NCBI RefSeq assembly: GCF_006345805.1
Contig: NC_043009.1
Span: 34,968,001-35,032,000 of the forward strand
Length of the DNA stretch: 64,000 nucleotides
Source: Octopus sinensis
Taxonomy: Eukaryota
Direction of reading: 5' to 3'
Shown here: piece by piece, positions 26,512 to 41,100 of the stretch
How the letters are laid out: every line of letters begins with the position of its first letter
How positions within the stretch are numbered: the stretch's first letter is position 1
Made by a program: the position numbers and the translations under genes
Notes under the pieces: generated by a model
Databases searched by the model: none
Seen by the model: the letters and a program-made list of their open reading frames with translations, nothing else
Told to the model about the DNA's origin: nothing

Positions 26512-26984
26512 TCATTATTATTATTGTTATAATTTATTCTGTACAAATACTTTTTTCACCACTAAATATTTATAATTGTATATAAATTCATTAGATACTA
26601 TAATTTATTAGTTTCTTTTATATATTCTTAGTTTATGCATGTGTATGCAAATATAGTACTGGTATATCCCATTTATTTTCATTAGAAATTAAATAAATAA
26701 AGAATTTTGACATTTACGAATATTTAATTCGCCCCACTGTATCATTGGTCTTTTAGACCAATTGTCGTGAGTTCATTTTTCCCTGCGGGCTTCACGTACG
26801 TCTTCTTTTTCGTTCTCTTGTATTCGTTTATTTGATATGGTTCTCTCTCTCTCTCTCTCTCAATATATATACATATATATATATAGTTTTTCTTTCTTGT
26901 TTCGGCTCAGAGCTGCGGCATTGCTGATGCACCGCCGTTTTGTGCTTCACTGTTATTACGAAGAACCTCCTCTAATATGTGGCA

Positions 26985-27132
26985 CTTGGTGAAGAATGGA
27001 GTTTTATATAGCTACTCTCATTTGCACCTCTTGCCGTGAGGTAGGTTCATCTGGGACTCTCGAAAGGAAGATGTCCAGCTTTGATTTAAAAACCGCTACA
27101 TCTACTTTGTGCAAGTTCCTCAGACTCTTTGG

Positions 27133-27136
<4 letters not shown>
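26985..27136 (-). mobile_element. CR1-like LINE 3'-end fragment
   Basis: [31 protein letters not shown], a typical CR1 C-terminus. Confidence 0.7.
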
Positions 27137-27228
<92 letters not shown>

Positions 27229-27559
27229 CATATATACATACATACATACATACATACATACATACATACATACATACATACATTCTGCACGGATTATCCC
27301 GCTTTGCTTATCGTAATTTTTACTGTGTTAATCACTGAGAATATCTCTTTACATTTAATTAACCTTAAGTTACACTCTTTATTCTTTGCTTTGTACTTCT
27401 GTCTATCTGGTTTATCTCCCTGTTATTCTATTTGATGTCAGCCTTTATATCCTCCCCACTTTTCCTTCAAATTCTAAAAAAGATGCACTATATTCAGGCT
27501 AACACCTTCTATCCTACATATTCCTTTCTCTCCTTCATGCTCTTTTGGTCTAATATTTA

Positions 27560-27957
27560 CTAGCAGTATCGCCCGGCGTTGCTCGGGTTTGTAAGGAAAA
27601 TAACTATATAAGCATTTTTAGAGAGTTCTAGCCAAAAAATAGCAAAAAAATGCATTAAAAATGGAAAAGAAAATGATGGTAAATTTTTTTTAAATCATTG
27701 ACTCATCGTAGACATTTTTAGAGAGTTACTTCCCTTTTATAATAGCGAAAAAATGCATTAAAATGGAAAAAAATGATGGTAAATTTTTTTTTAAATCGTA
27801 GACTCATCGTAGACGCGCGCTAATACCAAGAAGGGCTCAATATGAATCACGACTATAAGCTACCCGGTTTTGGTTAAACTGCACCGCAAAATGTGGGAGT
27901 AGTTAGGAATCTAAATCGTAGGAGACAGACACACAACCTCTCTTTTATATATAAAGA
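27560..27957 (-). mobile_element. Non-autonomous Helitron
   Basis: Minus strand A|TCTTTATATAT...CCCGAGCAACGCCGGG (hairpin)...CTAG|T: 5' TC, 3' CTAG, subterminal hairpin, A|T target. Contains an internal direct duplication of about 70 bp. Confidence 0.88.
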
Positions 27958-29100
27958 TTTCGCTATTCTCTTTTACATTCATAACAGTGATATTTCTATC
28001 TACTTTTATTTTACTTGTTCATTTTCATTAGTTTTCCTTATATTTTTCTTCTGAGGTACAATTCATTCACTCCTATAATTTTTTGTTTTATAATTAACTT
28101 CTTTTCCGTGTTATAATTTAATACAGCACGGCCAGGGGACCGTGAAACCTTGTATAAAGCAAATGGAGAACAGGACCTTTTATATTGAAAAGAAAGAAAA
28201 AGAGAAAGCAAAGTAAATAAATAATAAATGAATAATTAAATAAATAAAATAAAAACAAAGAAAGAGAAGAGATAAATTCACTCCTATTTTGGTTTTAATT
28301 TTTATTCTTACATCAATTATACTACGTTTTAACCTCATACAAGTATTCTTATTCTGTATATTTTGATGCCTATCCTACAATATAGTTTAAATCTATATTC
28401 GAGTCAATATTTAAATCATTTAGTTACTGTAAATCGAATTTTTATCTAAATTACATACCATTATTTTGAAAAGTAGTAACCCATTAGCTTCAAATATTCA
28501 TTAGATAATTTTGTAATCGTGAACACTTATATGTACTTAAAAATTATTTCATTATTCTGTATACTTACGACTGCCTGATTAACAGTTACGTAAAACAGTA
28601 CTATTTTGTATAGATTTTTTCCGCTTCTATGTAATAGTGTGAGTAAATATTATTAGAAAAAGAGTATTTCAATGGAAGCGATTGGTAAGAAAGCTCAAAA
28701 ATGAAAAGGAACCAAGTTTAGTGCAATAATATACGTACAGTTAATTGAAATAACATTTAAAAAACTAATTGGGTAAATTGTTTCGTAACTTTCCTTGCCG
28801 TGATTGGCTTCCTGACCACGGGGTGGCTATAGATAGGTGATGCTCTCATAAGCGAAACTGTAAAGAGAACTAGTTAAGTATAACACACAAAGAGCTGGAA
28901 ATGTTGCGTCTGAATTGAAGACTGATGATGTCAGTCTATCAGAGTGAAAATGCAGAAAGAACCTCCCCATTCAAACTTTTGAAAGTGAGTTTCTATAAAT
29001 TAGAATTTCTATGTATCACTTTTCATTTTGAACTCGACAAAGGCAGGCAAGCTGTCGAAGTATCTTTCAAACCATGATAATAATAATAATAATAATAATA

Positions 29101-29164
<64 letters not shown>

Positions 29165-29167
<3 letters not shown>

Positions 29168-29406
29168 CCTTATTCGGGGACCGTTTGAGCGGGATGGGCT
29201 ACTCAACCTGAAGAAAAATTCTAACTGGGCCCCACCTGCAAGGTCATGTGCTGTTTATCTTGATATGAGATCACCATGTCGCGCACATATGGTTGTGATG
29301 CATGTGCCTGGTGTACCTTTATCAGACGGGTAGTCATGATGGGTATATTGGGCTTCGTATATTTTACCCCAGCGTCACTTTGATGGCATGAACTGCTCTC
29401 TCACTC

Positions 29407-29491
<85 letters not shown>

Positions 29492-29561
29492 CCCTGATGC
29501 AGTACCAAGCAGTGGTTCACATGGCTTCTGATCTTACCTGATTGGAAGTCTTATCATGTAC
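29165..29561 (-). mobile_element. Interspersed non-autonomous repeat, copy 2 (inverted relative to copy 1)
   Basis: Includes catgtgcctggtgtaccttt atcagacgggtagtcatgat and the terminal ctgattggaagtcttatcatgtac, complementary to 26045-26376. Confidence 0.8.
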
Positions 29562-30108
29562 ATGTCTTGTCTTGGTACGAAATAGTGTGAGTAAATATTA
29601 TAAAAAATATATTGTGTTCAGATAATGTGTTTTACACCTTTTACCATGAGAAAATTTTCTCCCACGGTAACAACAGTGCATTTGCATTTAGAATTCGAAA
29701 TAAGTCACAAGCATATTTTAAGTAACCTACATTTTGCATTTTACTTTTTACACACGCTACTTTTTATACACGCTGTGCTTCCTTGCATTATATATATATA
29801 TATATATTATATATATAATATATATAATATATATATAGGGAAGCTTTATGAAAATAGACAAAAGACGAAGGCAGGTGGAAAACAAACAAACAATTGTATT
29901 AGTATGGCGCTCAGGAAATATATATTGAGAGAGTAAAATCCTCTTACGACTTTCTTTGTAATTCCGCAAATGAAGTCATCCCGTGTCCAAATATTTCGTA
30001 ACTTCTAGAAACCTGATCGTACTCCGAGAAGAGTCAGAAAATATTTATTTAATACGGGGCTTCATTATTTTCAAGTATCTCTTCGCTTTAGATGTTCTTA
30101 TGCAACAC

Positions 30109-30150
<42 letters not shown>

Positions 30151-30367
30151 TGCACAAACATACACACGCACATGTGTGCGTGTGTGTTTATAGTGATGTA
30201 CAGAATGGAAATCATGTAAAATAATGATCATTCCATGTAATTTACATTATATCCTTTTTACAGAAGTAACATTTTATTTTGATTTTAATTTTATTTATTT
30301 TGGCTTTAGTTATTGATTTCACTACTTGAATCCACACTTTATCATTCATTTAGTGCACACCGAAACA

Positions 30368-30790
<423 letters not shown>

Positions 30791-30999
30791 CTGTGCATGT
30801 TTACCTAAACACACCCATATTTGAATAAATGGTGGACAGCTTTTTGTTTCAAGATTTCGCACATGTATTCAAGTTCATTTTACCGATGCTTCCATTGACT
30901 TTTCGCATATATTCTAATCGTTGTTGCTATTAGCTACTGCAAAGCCTGTCACGGTTGTTGCAATGGCTCTAATGGAAAAGTTTTAATGCATTCTGTGCA

Positions 31000-31280
31000 T
31001 TCAATTTCTGTTTTATTTAGTTGGACCGAAGCTATGAGGCGTATATAAAATGTACAGAAAGAAGTCAAACTATGTGTGGCATGTTACATGAGAATGACAA
31101 CGTGTGTGAATGGATCAAAACAGCAGGAAAGGGAATAACAAGAAATGCTGCCAAGTGAAAAGAAAACTGAAAGAGACTATGCACATTGCAGAAAAGCAGA
31201 AAGATGTGGATATTGTTAATGGAGAGATCAGATCGAAAGAGCAATAACGACTCGTACCTTGGAAGAAATCTGGCCGTAAA
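31000..31280 (+). mobile_element. Possible highly decayed RTE-type LINE 3' fragment
   Basis: Weak resemblance to the RTE C-terminal ...HIAR...RW... region. Heavily mutated. Confidence 0.35.
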
Positions 31281-31370
31281 AAGGCGTAAAGCAACTCAAT
31301 TGATCGAACGTAACAAAAAGATAAAGTTCTTCATATCAAAGTGCGTAACAGCTTAGACTATAGGGGGAAT

Positions 31371-31410
<40 letters not shown>

Positions 31411-32330
31411 CATACAAAAGCATACATACATGCTGGCTACTTTATCATTATTGTTTTAAAGATAATAATAACTTATTTGAATTTCGAATTTATACCTGCA
31501 CGGTAATGTTCGTTTGGGTGTCGCAGGGCCTTCAGCTGATCAGATGCGCACAGGAAGGTAAATATATATTTGAACAATAGATTACGTTTTAAGCCTAGCT
31601 GATGAGCTTTAAGTGTCAACTCGGCACAGAAAGCGAAATCAATTTCTATTAGGACATCTACCCTCCTATTTTTCGTTTCACAAAATTGGAACTAGCGTTT
31701 TTCTCAACGTATTTGCTACAAACTCCGTGCATGTTTACATATACTGAGAGATACGCAGTTTTGTGGTTTCAACACTTCTTTCAAGCAAACAGGTACATAT
31801 ACATTGACTTTTAATATAGGTATTGCATATTTGGATTATGTTTGGAGGCCACTTTATTATTTATCTTTTAAGGATAATGATAAATTATTTAAATTTTTAA
31901 TTTATTTGAATTTTTTCTTGAATTTTTTTGCTACCCTATATTGATAAATTAATAATTTTTGACTAATTCTGAAATTGTATCAGCAGTTTATATTTGCTGC
32001 TGAGTAGTTGGCGCGGTTACGTTGGATTTCGAAAAATTAGGATATATATATACTCGGGGCTTCAGCGGTATCGCCTCGTGTGTATATGTTCGCCTTTTCT
32101 TTTGGGACTTTGCTGATGAAACAAACCAATCGTAAACGGATTTAATTTAATTTAATTAAGTTCGATTGCGTGAAAATTGTTGAAACCTTGCAGGGTACAA
32201 AGTTGGAAAGGGATAAATGTTTTTATTTCTCCTTTAGCTTTCAGAATTACTACTATTTTTGCGGTTTGAGTTTTGGCTGCTCTTTTCAAGTGAGTCGAAC
32301 GACCTGTAAGGGTCTTTCCTTAATATTTTG

Positions 32331-32384
<54 letters not shown>

Positions 32385-32777
32385 GCTGAGCACTCATTGT
32401 CACACGTTCACACGCACACATATCAGCAACATTCGTCAATTTCATGAAAATGGTGTTATAACCCCGAAACATTGAATACAAGGTAAGTCTACATTAGTTC
32501 ACATATTTGTTTTCCTTGTGATTTAACTTGCATTTACTTCGCATTGTTTTGCCCTACGATGAACACAATTTCTTGCAAAAATCCTGGGCTAATGCAAGGG
32601 AGATTACAATTGTGTTATTCCTATAAGTTACCTCCTATTACCTGTGTACTTATTTTGAAATTCTGTTCAGTCACGTGAAAATTCATGCATTCTCATTCAA
32701 AATAGAGGCGGGAGCAACATTTCCACGTTGTATTCTTGTACAATTGTGAAGATTTTGGCACATGACAGAATTGATTA

Positions 32778-32818
<41 letters not shown>

Positions 32819-32929
32819 GAGAGCGATAAATACATTATCGTCTACTTTACACGAAAATAGAATTAATACTAACATCTCATATTAACAGATATATTAACCA
32901 AAATTAAATAAGATATCTTGAACTACTAC

Positions 32930-33695
32930 AGAGTAAATTTATTCAATAAAATCGACATTCTCCCCAACCACGTACTCGGAATCTCCAGCAACTGTTCCGG
33001 ATGGTCCCCTTCTTTAAGTTGGTAAATGCCGCCACAATCCTTGCCTTCAGTTCATCTTTGGTGTTACAAGGAGTTTTTTTTTTGGTCTCTCTCTCAACTA
33101 CGCCCCAGACATAATAATCAAAGGGGCTGCAGTCTGGGAAGTTAGGTGGCCAGGCGTTAGGGTTGATGTGGTTGCAGCAATTGTCTGATTGCCATGACTT
33201 TGATCTCCTGCGTGTGTGGCATGATGCAGAGTCCTGTTCCCAGACATAGTGTCTTTCTGCAGCCACCCTCCTGACCCAGGGCAGTACAACCTCCCCCAAG
33301 TACTTGGAGTATGCCTCCGCGTTGAGTCTGTGAGCGTGTAGAAAGATGAAGTGAGGCATGACGTTGCCATAACTAGTGGTCACTCCAAACATCATGATGT
33401 TGACAGTATGTGTGATTTTTATCACTCTCGGTACATGATTTGGGGACACGGCAAGCCTACGGGTGTTCTGTGTGTTCACCACCTATTCATGTTGGAGTTT
33501 TCGGCGCGAATGCGAAGCAGTACAGCATGTCGTTTCTAAATTTCTGGCAGAGGGAATTGCGTCGTGGTACTGTTTTTCTCATAGACGGCGCCCAACTGAC
33601 ACTACTATACTGTGTAGTCAACAAAATCAAAAAGAAATAAGGCGCATGCGCGAAATTAAAAATATAATATGGTGACAATTTACAAGCCGCAGCCT
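32930..33695 (-). mobile_element. maT (DD37D) Tc1/mariner-superfamily transposase relic
   Basis: ORF 32943-33482: EQDSASCHT...WPPNFPDCSPFDY, with 37 residues between the second and third catalytic Asp. Confidence 0.85.
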
Positions 33696-33721
33696 ATATA
33701 TATATATATATATTTATATAT

Positions 33722-33925
33722 AGGGAAAGTTTACGAAAGAAACAAAACACGAAGACAGGTGGTGTACAAAACAAACAAATGTATTAGTATAACGCTCAGG
33801 AATAGAAAAATTCTTTTACGTTTCGAGCCTACGCTCTTCTACAGAAAGGTACACAGAAAAAACAAGGAGAGAAACAAGGAGAAAAAAAGTATGTGTGTAG
33901 TGGCTAACGATCTATCATGGCGACT
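33722..33925 (+). repeat. Penelope pLTR-like repeat; HHR-like motif on the minus strand at 33813-33849
   Basis: Near-identical to 4692-4882. Minus strand CTTT CTGTAGA A GAGC-GTAG-GCTC GAAAC GTA AAAG. Confidence 0.7.
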
Positions 33926-34017
33926 AGTGTATATATATATATAGACAAACATACATACATATATGTGTATATGTATATATATATATGTATAAATATGTAT
34001 ATATACATACAAATATA

Positions 34018-34075
<58 letters not shown>

Positions 34076-34740
34076 TATATGCATACATACAAACATATAT
34101 GTACGTACCTACATCTACATGTATATATACATGCATATATAAATAATTATACGTGAGTACAGGACACCACAATAAGACGTAGAAACGGGAAAAACAAAAA
34201 AACAAAAAACAAGAAAACGATAAAAACGAAAGAAACAGTTACAGGACGTGCTACACAAGGAAAAAACCCCCGTCATCAGCTGTCATCAAGCATGTTTCGA
34301 AGGCAAGACAGAACACTAAACCACTAGGCCTTCCTCCGAGAGAATTAAAATAAAATTCCAAGCAGCGGGGCAAAATGAGTACGAACACGAACAGGACGTA
34401 ACAATAAAACTGCAAAAATAAAAATACATGCACAAAAAATACAAATAAATACAAAACAAGAAAATAAAAGGAGAATATGGTACAGGAAATCAAACACACA
34501 AGAGGACGAACGAAAAAGCCTTTTTTTCTGGCATAGACGAAGAATACTGTGGCAGCGCGTGGAAGGCATGTATATATACATGTATATGTAGGTACGTACA
34601 TATATGTTTGTATATATGCATATATTTTTATTTATCACATTATTGTCTGACAGCGCCCCGCGTCAGGTTCGTTCCGATTCGTCGTTTCGTTCCACCACTT
34701 GGTTCCTGTTATTTTTATACTAATATATATATATTATATG

Positions 34741-34774
<34 letters not shown>

Positions 34775-34819
34775 ATATAATATATATATATACATATACA
34801 TATACATATATATGTATAT

Positions 34820-34879
<60 letters not shown>

Positions 34880-35064
34880 TATATGCATATATATATATAT
34901 ATATATTCATCTTGTTTCTGTCTACCAAATCCACTAACAAGGCTTTGGCCGGCCCGAGTCTATAGTAGAAGACACTTGCTCAAAATGCCACGCAGTGGGT
35001 CTGAACCAGGAACCATGTGGTTGGGAAGCAAGCTTCTTACCATAAAGCCATGCACGGACACACA

Positions 35065-35105
<41 letters not shown>

Positions 35106-35615
35106 AACACACACACATACATATAACTAGAAGATATGTTAATCTCGTGAAGGGATGGTTGCATCCAAGGACATGCTGGTTCAATACGTAGCATTTCTGG
35201 GGAATGAAATTTCCATAAAACAATAGATGTATATTAAGCATATAGTTTATATCCATGTAAAAGATAGAAAGAAAAGGGACATAAGGAAATTAATTTTTTA
35301 TCATTAATATTCATGATTTTGCAATGCAGTGACTTTGTATATTTAATATCCGACCTTTTTTATGATTTACAACAGATTCACGCGATCTAATAAGAATATA
35401 TATTTTATATTTTACATTTTATAATTATATTTATATATTTTCATATATATTTTGTGTATGTATATATTGGATATTTTATATGAGGTGTATGTCTTTCGAA
35501 GAATATATTGAGGAAAATAATTTCTTTTTTTTGGTTGTCAATATCTCGAAAGTTGCCTTTTCATTAAAACCTATATAACTTTATATATATATATAGAATA
35601 TTTAATAGGAGAATA

Positions 35616-36116
35616 TTGAAGGATAGCTATTCTTGTGACAAAAACTTCACCTCTTTTATTACCCAGCGTAACATGAAAATTATCAGAGATAAATACCGTG
35701 CCGAATCTAACCTGAGGAACTGCAACTTCAAAGATAAAACTTGTTGTCCGTTGGAAGGCACTTGTCTTGAAAAAGGAATAGTTTATAGAGTGAAAGTGGA
35801 AGTAGATGGCTCACAAGAATATAATACATATACAGGGGCTTCGGAAAATTCATTCAAGATTCAATTCTATTCCCACCGAAATTCTTTCCGATACTCCGAG
35901 AACAGGATAGCGACTAGTCTTGCAAAGCATGTCTGGGAATTGAAAGAGAATGAAACCCGTCCTTTCAATGTAACTTGGGAAATTCTAGAAAAAGCATCAT
36001 CATACAGACATGGAATTATTTATAAAAGAGCTATGAAATGTAATCTTTGCCTCACAGAAATGTTCTTCATCCTGTTCCAGGATAAAAATGTTTTGAACCA
36101 TAGACGCGGGTCTTAA
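35616..36116 (+). mobile_element. Penelope-like element GIY-YIG endonuclease fragment
   Basis: CNFKDKTCCPLEGTCLEKGIVY...YTGASE..FK..FYSH..SF...TSLAKHVWELK...WEILEKA..Y...KCNLCLTE, the characteristic PLE endonuclease C-terminus. Confidence 0.9.
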
Positions 36117-36190
36117 ATTCCTGCAGGCACGCGGCAAAGTTTAAAAGGTCAACCGACAAAATACCGTATAGGTAAAATGTTTTGACTTTC

Positions 36191-36332
36191 GGATAATTTT
36201 GACTGTCGCATTTGAATTTGACTTGGGGATAATTTTGACTGTCGCATTTGAATTTGACTTGGGGTTAATTTTGACTGTCGCATTTGAATTTGACTTGGGG
36301 ATAATTTTGACTGTCGCATTTGAATTTGACTT
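36191..36332 (+). repeat. Tandem repeat, 36-bp unit x about 3.9
   Basis: Unit ggataattttgactgtcgcatttgaatttgacttgg starts at 36191, 36227, 36263 and 36299, with no spacers. Confidence 0.95.
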
Positions 36333-37937
36333 TACATGTTATAGTTATTTTGCATTGCAATGCTAGTGAATATTTCAACTCCACTTTTAAGAAAGCCTTC
36401 GACTGTTTTACGCATTTAAGCTCAAGCTTCGCTGAAAATTATTTTTATTGTTTACTCACGCATTTAATTATACTATATCAAATTAATGTGCAATTTCCTT
36501 ATTTTTCCATTTTAATACTATATAAACCGGACATTTTAAAAGTTGTTTGCATATATACGTTATATATATATTGAACAAACATGGTGGGGTTATCGAGATA
36601 ACGTATTCAAAGTGATTTGATCTGGCTAAATAATAAGAAATTCTTTTCTAAATTAAAGCCTAGCGTTTTGAAAAACAAAGACATATTAGATAATATTGTT
36701 CGCTAACAAAAACGCGAACAATATATTTAGTAGTTAGAATAGCATATTTCTTCGCAAAGAAGGCAGCTTGCTACAACAATCCCCAACGATGACGTTGAAT
36801 AGCAGTAAGAATTAAAAGGGTAATTTTCACCACAATAGGACAATTCCCTTTATGCAGCCATTTTATATATTTCCGTAGCCATTTTATATAAATGTTATTG
36901 AACTTGATTCAATTCCAATGTTCTTTGGAATTTCTCTGTCCTGTGATAGCTGACTCTGGGTTCCTAATTTGATAGGGCAAATGTAGCAGTAAACCACGAG
37001 TTATTCCTCAAATTGATTTAATTGAATACTGCTACGATCTTCTATAAAAAGTCACCTCTTTGCAAAGAACAAAGTCACGCATTATTTATTTCAGGCTTGT
37101 ATGCACGGTAAATGTTTAAGGTTAAAGGAATAATTTTGGTTGTACAATAGAATAAATCCTCACTTATGCTAACGTAAATGAATTCGATGCTATGCCCGAC
37201 TAATGCGTCTGTATGTATATGTGTGCATGTATGTTAATATATGTGTGCGTGTTAGATGTCGAGAGAATATAACGCATAGAGAAACAGCATATATCTAGCC
37301 GAATATATATTTAAGAAAGAACATATCTTAACACTTTCGTAAATAATGTCAGTACCATTTATTGATTTATGAATGAGTGCTGAAAAGTCCTGGCTTTGGG
37401 TAGAAGAATATACAGGATGGTCAGTTAATTAGGACTTTATTCAACGTATTCTTCTCACAGATTCACTAAGTTATTTCCGCGGTTCTTCAGTTTTCCTAAG
37501 CTCTGTAAAAGAACTCAGAACACTAGACCTCCAGCCAGGCCTTTCATGACACCCTTAAATCCAGGAAGTTTTCTCCCCCACCCTCCTATATGACACACAA
37601 CTTTAAATTTATAAACATTGACATTGATTATTAAGTTATTACTGGTGGATATTTTACTAATCCCATGTAAATATTCATATTTATTGTGTGAAACGGGATT
37701 AATTCCAATCAAAGGCATTCTAGCCATCGCCATCCTGTTTGTCATTCATAGTTTGTCCTATAATTATGCGCATTTCATGCATACCAAACAATAAATTACC
37801 ATGTGACAGATACTTGGCAGCCATACCTAGAAGCTGCAGTCATCATGTTAAATTCTGGGCTCGTCTCAATTACAATACTCTGAATATAATATAACAAAGA
37901 ATCAATTATATTGTGTCTCATAAAGCAATGAACTTAC

Positions 37938-38075
37938 CCGAGTCAAACTGCATTGTAGGATCGCATTCGTATGGTGCATGTTTTAAAATACGAAAGTGGG
38001 GCAGGATAAGATTTTTACTAAGGCTCAGAGGGTTAGCAGCCCACAGAAATATTACACTCCTTTTTGAGTAAGCAA
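37938..38075 (-). CDS. Loop B/F/C exon (138 bp) of the same channel
   Basis: catttttttcAG|TT GCT TAC...GAC TCG G|GTaagt gives (F)AYSKRSVIFLWAANPLSLSKNLILPHFRILKHAPYECDPTMQFDS(G). Phase 1/1 joins both neighbouring exons in frame, and the W, LP.F and C motifs align with GlyR. Confidence 0.92.
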
Positions 38076-38719
38076 CTGAAAAAAATGTAAATGATAAATA
38101 TAAAATGAAACAGATGTTTTATTAAATAAAACTATATAATGTTTAAATTGATATATTTGCTACTCCACTGACGTGTTTTTGAGTCAAAAAAATATTGTTG
38201 CTAATGTGTAGTTTATGTCCGTGGGAAGGCAATTTATACCTTACGATTAGTACTCCGAACTTCATACGGGAAAGTATGAATGCTTGATAAATAAATTTGC
38301 TTTCGAAATATATGGTGCCGGGACAATCCTTTTGTGTCACACCTTGTATCTGTATCTTGTATTTTAACTAAAAATGAAGCAACACAATTTGAGTGAAAAT
38401 CGGTGGAAGGAAATATGATGAAGGCCGTTGGATAGACTTCATCGAAGGTAAACTTAATTCGTCACCTGGTTGAGCCTTGGGTGCTTTTTTTTTTATTAGA
38501 GTTCAGTCTGTTGCAAGTATTTACAGCAGTGCATGAATTATAGTTTCTTCCCTCACCATCCTCAATTCCTACCATCAGTCCTTGTATTAAATCATTGACC
38601 ATGCTCTACGCTATGCTAAGTTTTGAATCAGTACGAGATAGTGGTCCAGAAATTAGATAGTTACGTCCTGTTATCTTGAAATGTACTAAACTCTTGTCCC
38701 AATTTCTTTTCTACACTTG

Positions 38720-39172
38720 GTACAATGCCTGAAATTTTGGGGGAGGGGGCCAGTCGATTAGATCAACTCCACTACGCAACTGGTTCTTAATTTATCGATC
38801 CGATCTCGAAAGGAAGAAAGGCAAAGTCAACCCCAGCGGAATTTTTGAACTCAGAACGTAAAGACTGACGAAATACCACTAAGCATTTCGCCCGGTGCGT
38901 CAGCGTTTCTGCCAGCTTGCCGCCTTTCTTGTCCTTATTTTTGATAATGTGATGAAGAAAGTGTCCAACTACAATGTTTAGAGTGCGCTCATTTGACTCA
39001 GATATCTCTGGTTTTAGTCATATGCTCTTCTACTCTAGGCACAAGGCCCGAAATTTTTTGGGGGAGGGAGCAGTCGATTAGATCGACTCCTCGAAAAGAT
39101 GAAAGGTAAATTTGAGCTCGGCGGAATTTGAACTCAGAACGTAAAGACAGACGAAATACCGCTAAGCATTTC
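38720..39172 (-). mobile_element. Two tRNA-SINE family B copies (about 38720-38925 and 39040-39172)
   Basis: Both carry cgaaagga.gaaagg.aaa...ggaattt..gaactcagaacgtaaagac.gacgaaatacc.ctaagcatttc. Confidence 0.8.
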
Positions 39173-40035
39173 AGTCATATGTTGCACATGGTGACTGATG
39201 GGGAAACAGACCATGCCATGTTAAACACATCATGTATAAGTGGATATGCGAGTTGGTCATGAGGACTTTTGAAGAGATGAACACAGTAGAAATTAAAATA
39301 CAATAAAACTATTTTTATTTCATGTTGAAATCATACCGTTATTTAAGTAGCTAACAGTCTCAGAAGCTACATGAACATTTTAGCTTCCTCGAAAATAATT
39401 CAGCAGGAAGGTTAAGCACTCACAGTTTTCGAAGCTTATAGGGAAAAGCATGAACTTTACATTCTATTTTCGCACTTGTGACCATATGTAGGAAGTTGTT
39501 CTTTTGTCAATTCTTCAACCAGAAGAAGAAGAGTAGACCCTTTTCAGAGCCTCTGAGTCTGGCGGGTGAGGAGAAATGTTTGAATTTGGTGATTTAGAAT
39601 TGTTGAATTTGTATTAATTATTGATTCAGATGTCGATAAAGTTAACATAAGTACGTGTTATATACTAGTATCATCTCAGATAACAGTTGGTTTAGAGCCG
39701 TAATGCTGATGATGAAGAAAGTAAGCAATATTTGCGATTATATATCTGTAATGCATTTGCTTCCTATTGAATTAGTATTAACATATTAAAGCCGAAACTT
39801 TCATGAATTTTGAAGTTAAATGCACACTTCATTGAAAATTAAATTTCGTAAGTCTAATGGCCGGAAGTAAAACCAACTTACTAGGAAACCTGGTCGAATA
39901 ATTTAGGATAAAACGGAAAAGAAATCCAGATGGGATAGTCACGGTTAGAATAGCTTTGAATATAGATCTTTTCGTTGGGGGCAGGCTTTGGATTGAGTAA
40001 AAATAAAAAAATGAATGTCTATTACTGATACTTAC

Positions 40036-40118
40036 AACTTTCCATATAAAGAGAACAAACTTGTGTGTCCATAGGATATCGTCTTAGATCCATAGGACAG
40101 GAAGCTGTCAATGAAATT
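40036..40118 (-). CDS. Cys-loop exon (83 bp) of a glycine-receptor/GluCl-like anion channel subunit
   Basis: Manual reverse complement: ttctattttcAG|A ATT TCA...GAA AGT T|GTaagt gives (R)ISLTASCPMDLRRYPMDTQVCSLYMES(F). It has the C-x13-C Cys-loop, and the 83-bp phase 2/1 exon matches the conserved GlyR/GABA-A exon. Not in the ORF track. Confidence 0.95.
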
Positions 40119-40883
40119 CTGAAAATAGAATTTATATAATTGTATATATTAATTCTTCAATAAACATTATCAACAGTACATAGTGTATGTTTCGCTTGTT
40201 CGCAGGTTCGCTGCGTTACAATACTCTGGAGTCAACATATCACTGGATGTTTTACCATTCATAGATTCAGGTACAGGATGTTGCTAGATTCAAGCAAATG
40301 ATGTTAATAAGCTACAAAAATGGGGAAGTATTTGTATCAATTACTTCTGAATGGGATTGTTGGGTGAGCAGTATCGCCTGCCTATGATTTTCAGGTGTTA
40401 AAACACACAGCGATAAGAGGGAGTCGTCTCTAGAGCGTTGTGGGCAGCGAACAAGTAAACAGACAAAACACATACGTTGAGTATGTGCGGTCAATAATGC
40501 TTACAATACTAGCGCTGCTTTTAATTCATAACTTAATTAATTTTTCAATATTTATGAAATGCGACTTCAGTCTCTTCCAATGCTAATCTACCTTTTTTTC
40601 TGTAGCAATGTCTTATCTTTATTTCAATGTATGTATGTACGTATGTGTTTTGCAGCTATGTGCGAAAATATATATGTACTTATATATGTGTGTATAAATA
40701 TGTATTATGCATCTGTGTATGCTGACATACTGATGCTTATTTACGTGCTTAGATTCCTGTTTAATTTTGAAGAAAGTTATATAAGATTTTTTTCGAAAAC
40801 AATTCGTTCGCTTACAAATTGCCAAGGTTGATATTTCCAAATATTTATAAACATGGGAATGAGTTAAGCTGTACTTACCAGCG

Positions 40884-41010
<127 letters not shown>

Positions 41011-41062
41011 ATGTGTGTGTATGTGTGTATGTGTGTGTGTGTGTGTGGTGTGTGTGTGTGTG

Positions 41063-41100
<38 letters not shown>

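Noticed and set aside
28741-28860. Minus-strand ctttacAG|T TTC GCT TAT (FAY) as an alternative loop B exon
   Set aside because: It hits a stop after nine codons, and the true exon is at 37938-38075.
31527-31557. Plus-strand AG/GT-bounded micro-exon candidates (also 40206-40270 and 62722-62799)
   Set aside because: Short, no recognisable homology, and no consistent multi-exon frame; expected by chance.
36191-36332. 36-bp repeat as a CRISPR array
   Set aside because: The units are contiguous with no spacers, there are no cas genes, and the context is eukaryotic.
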